Shown here: positions 56,776 through 64,000 of the stretch, piece by piece
How the letters are laid out: every line of letters begins with the position of its first letter
How positions within the stretch are numbered: position 1 is the stretch's first letter
Origin: an uncultured Spirochaetota bacterium
Lineage (GTDB): Bacteria; Spirochaetota; Spirochaetia; SZUA-6; Fen-1364
Assembly: GCA_963781885.1 (NCBI GenBank)
Contig: CAWAHW010000004.1
Coordinates: 64,001 to 128,000 of the forward strand
Length of the DNA stretch: 64,000 nt
Direction: 5' to 3'
The notes under the pieces: model-generated
Seen by the model: the letters and a program-made list of their open reading frames with translations, nothing else
Told to the model about the DNA's origin: nothing
The model's database searches: none
Position numbers and translations under genes: made by a program

Positions 56776-59315
56776 GGCTCGCTCTCTCCGGCGGTCCGAT
56801 TCAGCCAATCCGCAACCCATACGAGCGGGGCGTTCCAGTTGATTGCCACCTCGTTCGTCGAGAATGAGCCCAGGACATCGAGATAGCGCTGTGCGATGGG
56901 CGTACTTGAGAAGCCGGCAGCGCTCGTCTCGGGGTCCTCGATGTTTTTGTCAGGACCTCCCGTCAGGATGCCCGGAGGCGGTGCGGGGTATCCCGCCTCG
57001 GGATCATTGGCCCAGAGACGGTGATGCGGATGAGCGGCCGCATAGGCGCCGTAGCCGGTGACGAAGCTCCTTCGCAGGGCGTTGTCGCCGAGCAGGTAGT
57101 CCATGGAACGGACCACACCGTCGCGATACACGGGCTTTTTCGTCACGTCGAAGGCGATCGCCAGCACGATCGCGTTGTTGAGGATATTGCCGTTCGAGCC
57201 CCAGACGTAGCCGTCGGCGTCGATGGGCGCTCCGTAGGCGCTCTTGCCGGCAATCGCCAGATAGCGGTCGGCAGCGCGGACGATCTGCGTCGTCAGGAGC
57301 GCACGGTCCGAGGCGGCGATTTTGGCCTGGGGGGCGGAGATCAGCGAGATCGCGCCCAGGGCGGCCGTATCGCTCCAATCCATGGCGTGCGGCTTGCCCC
57401 CATCGAGCCCGGGGACGGCCTTCCAATACGGAGATGACGACAGCCAGTCGAGATAGTCGCGCTCCCCGGTCGTGGCGAGGAGCTCGGCCGCTGCCCAGAA
57501 GAACTCGTCCGACACGTCCGCGTCCAGGTAGTTGCCTCCCCCATCGCCGGGGACGTTCCCCGCCAGGAGGCCGGGGTTCTCCCTGGCCGCCTTCCACGCG
57601 GCGCGGGCCGCGGTGAGGCAGCGTTGCGCGAAAGGCGCATCCAGGGAGGCCCAGAGACGAGCAGCCTGGGCGGCAACGGCAGCGAGGTTCAGCGTGGCGG
57701 CGGTCGTCGGCTCGTAGACGAAGCGGCCCCAGGACCATCCGTCCTTCCCGGTGATGTTGTTGTCCATTTCCGAGATGAGAGCGCTCGGCACGGCAGACCA
57801 CGTGCGGTCATGGAGCTTCTGGAAGCACATCCCCGCGAGCTTCTGTCCGGCGGGAATCTGCATGTTCAGCATGAACTCGAGCTCCCAGCGGGCCTCGTCG
57901 AGGATGTCGGGCACACCATTCCCGCTTTCCGGAATGCCGAGCTGCCCGTCCGTGAAGCTGGCGGGAGCCCGTTCGTACGCGTTCTGCAGGGTCCAGACCG
58001 AGATGCCGCCGTTGACGACGTACTTTCCGAAGTCGCCGGCATCGTACCAGCCGCCCCGGCCGTTTACCAGGAAGCCGTATGCGTCCCAGGACTTGCCCTG
58101 GGCGTCCTTGCCGGCAAAGACCGCGACCTGCGCGTCCGTGAGATGTCCGGCCTCCCGGGCCCAGGCCGCGCCCGCGTACTCAGGCGTGATCGCAATGCCG
58201 CTGCGGCTTCGGTAGAAAAACTTGAGAGCGTCCTTCTCGAGGCCCGAGAGCATGTCATTCCCGATGCGGAAGGTCGGGCTCTGTCGATCTCCAATGACGA
58301 TGTAATAGCTTCCGCTCACCGTGAACGAGGAAAAGTCCGCTGCCTGGGGAGCATCGCCCGAAACGGGATCGAAGGGGCGCGGCTCAGTGGTCCCGCGGGC
58401 GACCTCTTTGCCGCTCGTGGCGTCCACGAGCGACCAGGGCAGCGGTTCCCGACTCAACACAGGGACGGAGGCGACCTTTTTTCCGTACGGGAAGTAGCCG
58501 AGCTGGTTGATCGCAACAAGCGGCTGCACGGGTGCAGCCGGCGCGGGCTTCTGAGTCTGGAGCACGAGCCGGCTCGGCTGCGGGACGTCCGTGCTGCCGA
58601 CCTTGAAAAAGAGGGCACGGCCGAAGAGGCTCGGATTCTGCCACGAGTTGTCGCCCGTGTCGGCCAGGGACCAGATCAGCTTGACGTTGCGGTCCTTTGT
58701 GGAGGCGCCGTTCAGTTGGGCCTGGAATCCGATCTCCTTGCCGTGGGAGGGCGCGTCTTTCGGTCCCAACGCTATCGCCCCTTCGAAACCCCAGCCATCC
58801 GCGGTCTTGAAAACCCTGGCCCGGAGCGGACGAACGGTGAAGTTGTTTCCCGAGACGTTGATCCTGGACAGGTCGGTGTTGCCAATGTCCAACGGCGTCA
58901 CCCTGTATTGCGCAATGTCGCGGAGGTACTTTTTCGAGCCCAGGTCTCCCGAGAGGTTGACGTAGAACTCCATGGAATCCTCGTTCCACGTGTCAGCCCT
59001 GTGCGCGCCCGCGATGATGTTCTTGTCCTTCGCGAGCATCAGGACATAGAAGTTGGTCTCGTCTGCTGCCACGGCGAAGCTGAAGGAGCCATCTTCGGCG
59101 CTGTCCCGGGACTTCATCGGGCCGCGGTCGACGGTCTGGACCGGGATGCCTTTCCAATCGTCCAGGGAGCCATCCAGCACGATGGAAACCGGGAAGGGCA
59201 CGTAGACCGCCGTCCCCGTGATCTCGCTGGGCGCAACGGCCTCCTGCGCTCCCAGCGATAGTCCCGCTCCCCAAAAGCAAATGGAGACGAAGGATGCAGC
59301 GATGAACCTCTTCAT
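56766..59315 (-). CDS. GH9 endoglucanase with N-terminal CBM9-like and Ig-like domains
   Basis: Signal peptide, LDGSLDDW..DSMEFY..GFQAQLN, INQLGY, GGWYDAGDFGKY, PDILDEARWE, HPHHR, NEVAINWNA. Confidence 0.92.
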   Translation of the reverse strand: MKRFIAASFVSICFWGAGLSLGAQEAVAPSEITGTAVYVPFPVSIVLDGSLDDWKGIPVQTVDRGPMKSRDSAEDGSFSFAVAADETNFYVLMLAKDKNIIAGAHRADTWNEDSMEFYVNLSGDLGSKKYLRDIAQYRVTPLDIGNTDLSRINVSGNNFTVRPLRARVFKTADGWGFEGAIALGPKDAPSHGKEIGFQAQLNGASTKDRNVKLIWSLADTGDNSWQNPSLFGRALFFKVGSTDVPQPSRLVLQTQKPAPAAPVQPLVAINQLGYFPYGKKVASVPVLSREPLPWSLVDATSGKEVARGTTEPRPFDPVSGDAPQAADFSSFTVSGSYYIVIGDRQSPTFRIGNDMLSGLEKDALKFFYRSRSGIAITPEYAGAAWAREAGHLTDAQVAVFAGKDAQGKSWDAYGFLVNGRGGWYDAGDFGKYVVNGGISVWTLQNAYERAPASFTDGQLGIPESGNGVPDILDEARWELEFMLNMQIPAGQKLAGMCFQKLHDRTWSAVPSALISEMDNNITGKDGWSWGRFVYEPTTAATLNLAAVAAQAARLWASLDAPFAQRCLTAARAAWKAARENPGLLAGNVPGDGGGNYLDADVSDEFFWAAAELLATTGERDYLDWLSSSPYWKAVPGLDGGKPHAMDWSDTAALGAISLISAPQAKIAASDRALLTTQIVRAADRYLAIAGKSAYGAPIDADGYVWGSNGNILNNAIVLAIAFDVTKKPVYRDGVVRSMDYLLGDNALRRSFVTGYGAYAAAHPHHRLWANDPEAGYPAPPPGILTGGPDKNIEDPETSAAGFSSTPIAQRYLDVLGSFSTNEVAINWNAPLVWVADWLNRTAGESEPHA

Positions 59316-59458
59316 GGCTCCTGCTCCTGACTTCGATCGATTCAGCGCAGCTCTTTGTACCATGCGATTTTTCTGGCATCAATGATGGGAACGAGAAACT
59401 GTCTCTGTCGATCAGATCAAGCCCGGTCGCGCTGACGGCATGACGCCTCCGCGTGCCG

Positions 59459-60752
59459 TCAGGCTTCCACGACCTCCATGGCAATGCGCGCCCAGTCCCA
59501 GAGTCGGTCCGGTTTGTACATCACGGTGGAGATGTCCTTCATGATCACCTCCATGTGGCTGTCTTTCGCCCGGTCCAGGACATCCGTAAGCGCCGAGCGC
59601 GCCGTGCCCGGGTTCCAGGATTCCTCGACGAAGATCGCGGGGCTCGGCTTGAAGCTGAGCACGTAGTCCCCGGCCACGTCGCGGAGGATGCGCTCCGCGT
59701 TGCACCACGGGCTCATGGAGATCTTGCGGAGGTTCGGGATGCGGCGCAGGAGCGCGATCTTGCGGTCCAGCGGCTCGCAGCAGCCATAGTACGTCAGCCC
59801 CCACCGGGACAGCCAGCGCAGGTCGTGACGCAGCGCGAACTCCCAGTGCATCTCCGGGGACACCTCGGAAAATATCTGCGCGTTGGAGCAGCCCCACATG
59901 TTCTTCGGGAGCACGCGGGACGGGTCGAATCCCGCGCCGGGCAGGTCCCATGTGTATCCGTACCCGCCGGACCCGATTCGGGTGTTATTGCAGTCCAGCG
60001 CGAGGAGGTTCTGCTGCTCGAACTGGTCGAGCTCCACCATCCACGCGTCCACCATGCGCTCCACCGCCGCGTTGACCATCGCGGGCCGCTCCACCAGGTC
60101 GATCATCGCCTCCTCGAGGCCCCACCAGCGGATGAGGTAGTCCCACGGCGTGAACCAGATGTGCGACTGCGCCGTCTTGCGGACGGGCATGATGCCCCGG
60201 AAGAGATCCTCCATGGCGGCAAAAGTCACGTCCGTCGTCTGCACGTCGTGCGTGACCACCGGGCATGTGGATCTTCTCGATGTCCGCCTCGGTCCTGATC
60301 TGCACGTGGAAGTGCCGGGAGACGATGTCGTTTGCCGCGTCGGTGCGCGCCACCTCCACGTCTTCCAGGATCCCGAAATCGGTGCTGTGGATGGCCATCG
60401 GGCACTCGATGAAGTCGCTCACCACCATGTCGCACGGCATGTGCCTCCACTGGTACAGGGTGCGGCGGAGGCGCGTCTCCAGCTCGCGCGCCCAGGGGTC
60501 CGCGCAGTGAAGGGTGAGCTCGTTGTCCACGTTCATCTCGTGCCAGGGGATCTCGTTGATCCAGACCATGGGCCGCATGTTCTCAAGGTCATTGAGGCGT
60601 CGCCAGAGTCCTGCTTTTTCCCGGTGCACCGGCAGCGCCGCGACCGCGGCCAGCTCTGCGCCGAGGCGCTTCAGCGTCTCGCGCTCGGACGCGGAGAGCC
60701 GGATCTCACGGATCGAGAGGGGCGGCGCATAGCTTCCGGGATCGTGCAGCAT
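59459..60752 (-). CDS. URO-D/MtaA-CmuA superfamily protein, divergent (frameshift about 60260)
   Basis: LWRRLNDL..RPMV..EIPW, GLEEAMIDL..P, FSEVSPEMHWEF, YYGCCEPL, RKISMSPW, KPSP. Confidence 0.75.
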
Positions 60753-61795
60753 TCAAGCGCTCCTGTACTCGCGGATGGTATCGAACATGGCGAGCACATT
60801 TGCCAGGGGCGTCTCAGGGAGAATCCAATCGTGACTCGCCCCGGCGACGTAGCCGCCGCCGGGCGCCATGATGTCCAGTATCGCCCGCGTGTCGGCGCGC
60901 ACCGAGTCCGGCGTTCCCGTGATGAGCACGTGATGCGAGTCGATGGCCCCGTTGAGCACGATGCGCCTGCCGAAATCGCGCTTCAACGCGCGGGGCTCCA
61001 TGCCCTCGCAGGACGGCTGCAGCGCGTGCACGGCATCGAGACCCGCCTTGATCATGGGGGGAATCAGCGGGCGGAAACCGCCGCAGCAGTGGAGCATGAC
61101 CTTCTTCCCGAACCTGTGTCCCAGGTCGATGAGACGGGACAGCGAGGGAAGCGCGAACTGCTCGAACAGATCGAGGCCGAGCAGCGGCCCGTCTGTGACC
61201 CGAAATCGTTGCCGATGAAGAAGATGTCGATCGCCGAGCCTGCCGCTTCGAACATGCGGCGGCTCACCTCGGCGTAGAAGTCGGTGATCTTCCGAAACAG
61301 CGCCTCCGCGGCGTCGGGATGGTCGTACATGAGGAAATACAGCCGGTCCAGGCCCATGAAATCGATGGCATCGTGCCAGAACGGCGACCAGTCGCCGCCC
61401 AGGATTGCGTACCGGCCGTCGTACTGCTCGGCCTCGGCCCTTGCCTGGCTCACGTCCATCCAGTCAGGGTCCGGCCAGGCGTAATCGAGGATGTCTTTCA
61501 GGCTCGACGCGTGCGCCAGCGGATGCGACAGCGGCTGGCCGTAACCGATGCCCGTCCGCTCGATCCCGAAGGGACTCTTCCACGTGGCCCCGGGCGACAG
61601 CCCGAGGTCCGGGCCCGCGTAGCGCGCGCTCACCCGGCGGAAATCGTCGCCAAGACGGACGCGCAGTCCCTCATCGTCCAGACCGAGCTCCGCCTTTGCC
61701 GCGTCCCAGAATGCCGGCGACGCGCCGCACCAGGCCGGCACCCGGTCGGGCTCGCGGTGGGCAAATGCCGTGAGCACTCGCTCGCGCGACGTCAC
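60753..61795 (-). CDS. Uroporphyrinogen decarboxylase/MtaA-CmuA family protein (frameshift about 61190)
   Basis: MTSRERVLTAFAHREPDRVP, HPL, WPDP, NDFGSQ; then MLHCCG, GAIDS, APGGGYVAGASH, TPLANV. Confidence 0.82.
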
Positions 61796-62973
61796 GGGCG
61801 GGCGCTCCCCACGTCGGGCTCATCACACTCCTCCAGTGACAGCGGGTAGCGGCCGTGCGTGCGCGCGAGGTTCACCACGTACTCATAGCGTTCCGCGCTC
61901 ACATTGGTGGGCACGGAATGATCCGACTGGAAGATGTAGCCGCCGCCGCGTGCCGCGTTCAGCTTGCGCAGCACCTGACGCCGCAGCTCCGGCAGCGGCG
62001 CATTGGCCCATGCAAGAACGTCCATGTTGCCGCAGAATCCCATGCGGTGACCGTATTTCCGGCGGAGATCCACGACGTCCAGGCCTGATTTCGCCTCGAG
62101 GGGATTGTACGCGTCCAGACCCATGGCGATGAAATCGTCATAGATCAGCGTCGCATTCCCGCACCCGTGGTAGATCACCGGCAGGCCCGCCTCATGGCAG
62201 ATGCGGATCTGCTCCGCGACGATGGGACGGAAATGCCGCCGCCAGAAGTCGGGGGAAAAGAGCATCCCGTTCACGTAGGCCACGTCGCCCCAGATCACCA
62301 TGCCGTCCAGCAGCCCGGCGCCGGCCTTGATCTGCGCCTTTGTCATCTCGATGAGAAACTCACCGACGCGCTCGATGAAGCGTCCCAGCTCGTCGGGGTA
62401 GAGGCCGATCCACATCATGACGTTCTCTGTCCCCACGATGCGCCAAAGCTGCTCGTGACCCTCGCAGATGCTGCCGTACACGGGGAAATCCGGGTGGAGC
62501 GACTTCACCGTCTCGATCCATGCCGGGCTGTTGCGCGTGAACCCGTCGCCGACACCGGCGATCTGGTTGTCACCCGCCGCGTGAAAACGCCGCTCGTCCC
62601 AGGGGTCGTCGAACCGGAAGGCTTCCATCTTTTCCAGGGAATCAGTCTCGAAGCCGACATAGTCCGGCATCGGGTCGGCGAACTTCTTGCGGATGATCGC
62701 CTCATACCCGGTCCGCACCACCACTTCCTCCTGGTTCTCCCGGACGATCTCGAAGGGCTTGATGTGCGGATCCATATTGGGAGTCGTGACCTCCCAGTCC
62801 AGGTCATAGTGGCGGTAGATATCCGCATCAGCGGGCAGGCCGAGCTCGGCGCGCCACCGCGCCAGGAAACCGCCCCAGAAGAAGTCGCTGACAGGGACCC
62901 TGTCCGACTCCCGGTGATGCAGGGCGGCGTCCATGCGCGCGATCTTCCGCAGGCAATTGTCGCTTCGCGTCAT
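61792..62973 (-). CDS. Uroporphyrinogen decarboxylase/MtaA-CmuA family protein
   Basis: ALHHRESDRVP, WGDVAY..FSP, IYHGCGN, NPLEAKSG, CGNMD, GGGYIFQSDHSVP. True start is ATG 62973, not 63564. Confidence 0.85.
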   Translation of the reverse strand: MTRSDNCLRKIARMDAALHHRESDRVPVSDFFWGGFLARWRAELGLPADADIYRHYDLDWEVTTPNMDPHIKPFEIVRENQEEVVVRTGYEAIIRKKFADPMPDYVGFETDSLEKMEAFRFDDPWDERRFHAAGDNQIAGVGDGFTRNSPAWIETVKSLHPDFPVYGSICEGHEQLWRIVGTENVMMWIGLYPDELGRFIERVGEFLIEMTKAQIKAGAGLLDGMVIWGDVAYVNGMLFSPDFWRRHFRPIVAEQIRICHEAGLPVIYHGCGNATLIYDDFIAMGLDAYNPLEAKSGLDVVDLRRKYGHRMGFCGNMDVLAWANAPLPELRRQVLRKLNAARGGGYIFQSDHSVPTNVSAERYEYVVNLARTHGRYPLSLEECDEPDVGSARP

Positions 62974-62987
62974 GTCATTCTCCGCGA

Positions 62988-63311
62988 TCAATCGAGATGG
63001 AAGACTTCTTCCATCTCGGACCACCACTCCCCGGGGGATCGGTTGTCCAGCGGCTTCTGCATCGGCTCCATGATCGCCCACCACTCCTGCGTGCGGGGAT
63101 CCGCGGCCATCTTCGCCATGTCCGCGTCGTAGTCGGATCCGACGTATTCGAAGTAGGCGAAGAGCAGGTCGTCCTTCAGGTAGATGGAATAGTTGCGGAT
63201 ATTGCACGCGGTGATCGTGGCCAGGACGTCCGGCCATACCTTCGCGTGGTGCCGTTTGTAGGCGGCAAGATGTTCGGGTCGAATCCCGATAAGCTGTCCG
63301 TGCCGGATCAT
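62988..63311 (-). CDS. L-rhamnose mutarotase family protein
   Basis: YKRHHAKVWP, NIRNYSIY, LFAYFEY, TQEWW, MEEVFHLD. Confidence 0.9.
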   Translation of the reverse strand: MIRHGQLIGIRPEHLAAYKRHHAKVWPDVLATITACNIRNYSIYLKDDLLFAYFEYVGSDYDADMAKMAADPRTQEWWAIMEPMQKPLDNRSPGEWWSEMEEVFHLD

Positions 63312-63436
63312 GGGGACCTCCCTCCCGCGGGCCGGAAACAGCCGCCTCCCGAACGCCGCGGAATACGCGGGCACGCGTGCCGCCCGAAGGCGGCACCGTG
63401 AGGGGAAGGCGGCCCTCAATCAGGACGAGGTCCTGC

Positions 63437-64000
63437 TTACCACTGGGGCGGATAGAACTTGGCGACGTCGGCCGCGGTGATGACGTGCTGGGCCAGGTTC
63501 TTGCGGATCGCGAATCCCTTGCCGTTAAACCAATCCGCGGCGGTCTGTGCGGAGAGCGCGCCATCGCCTTCGGCGGTCTGGTAGGTGATCCCGTAGAGCT
63601 TGCCTGCCTTCACCAGGTCCATGCCCTGCTTCGAGTTGCCTGCCGCCACAACAACGACATCCGTGCGGCCGGCCTTTTCGAGGGCCTGCATGATGCCCAG
63701 TGCCTGTCCCGAGTCATCCGCTGCGCAGATCCCCTTGAGGTCCGTCCCGTACTTCGTGAGCCAGTCGGATACGATCTGCATCGTAGCGTTGGCATCGAAG
63801 GTGGCGGGAGCGGGTGACGCCATGGCGAGGGTCTTCACCTCGGGGGCGTAGGTGGTGAGCTCCGCCGCCGCATTGTAGGAGCGCGCGAAGTAAGGCGATC
63901 CGCCCGGTGCATGCTGAACGTAACACACGCCGATGCTCTTGGCGCCCGGGTTCTGCTTGCGCAGCTGGTCGGCCCAGGCGCGCGCGAGAAGGCGGAACTG
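63437..64000 (-). CDS. Monosaccharide ABC substrate-binding protein (RbsB-like), 5' end outside the window
   Basis: LKGICAADD..ALG..ALEKAGRTDVVVV, ITYQ, VITAADV. Confidence 0.8.
   Translation of the reverse strand, partial: QFRLLARAWADQLRKQNPGAKSIGVCYVQHAPGGSPYFARSYNAAAELTTYAPEVKTLAMASPAPATFDANATMQIVSDWLTKYGTDLKGICAADDSGQALGIMQALEKAGRTDVVVVAAGNSKQGMDLVKAGKLYGITYQTAEGDGALSAQTAADWFNGKGFAIRKNLAQHVITAADVAKFYPPQW

Noticed and set aside
57624-59261. 545-aa + strand ORF and similar long opposite-strand ORFs across the window
   Set aside because: They lie fully antisense to well-supported genes and have no recognisable domains.
59459-62973. hemE / heme biosynthesis assignment, possibly linked to cyoE
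   Set aside because: The HemE signature (PVWxMRQAGR) is missing, HxC-type motifs are present, and the context is sugar metabolism.
63320-63420. Nested GC hairpins including a C(UUCG)G loop, considered as ncRNA or riboswitch
   Set aside because: They follow an SBP gene, like the hairpins near 10190, 40740 and 48010, and fit intercistronic mRNA stabilisers. I recognised no riboswitch consensus.
61792-63564. 590-aa ORF suggesting a fusion protein
   Set aside because: The N-terminal 197 aa overlap the mutarotase and SBP genes in another frame. The real start is ATG 62973.
1-64000. CRISPR arrays, tRNA/rRNA, transposases, integrases, prophage or anti-phage defence genes
   Set aside because: None were recognised by eye in the ORFs or intergenic regions. 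Short ncRNAs cannot be excluded without covariance-model searches.

Overview
GC-rich bacterial chromosomal window, most consistent with a free-living, saccharolytic Spirochaetia (spirochete-type OmpA proteins, SBP signal peptides and lipoproteins); this taxonomy is inferred by eye. It holds about 54 genes. I saw no rRNA, tRNA, CRISPR, IS or phage. From left to right: a sigma54-preceded hybrid Ser/Thr kinase-AAA ATPase and other signalling genes; a LacI-sugar ABC-PhnP-like hydrolase unit; SdpR/SdpI plus an exported hydrolase; PadR plus a decayed hydrolase; a FadR-controlled operon of BON-GlpA-like dehydrogenase, oxidoreductase, DUF1667, FGGY kinase and alkyl-DHAP-synthase-like enzyme (best candidate for an undescribed ether-lipid or alkylglycerol pathway); an exported protein-lipoprotein-esterase trio; orphan cyoE; a divergent KARI paralog with a sugar epimerase; a two-GH51 arabinan locus; an AgaR/AgaS/PfkB/ABC locus; an OmpA pseudogene, carbonic anhydrase and intact OmpA; a FixJ-like regulator and lipoprotein; a GH9 glucanase; and a sugar SBP-mutarotase-triple URO-D/MtaA-family cluster (second candidate system). 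About a dozen small indels interrupt otherwise intact genes and are probably assembly errors. All calls come from motif recognition, with no database searches.
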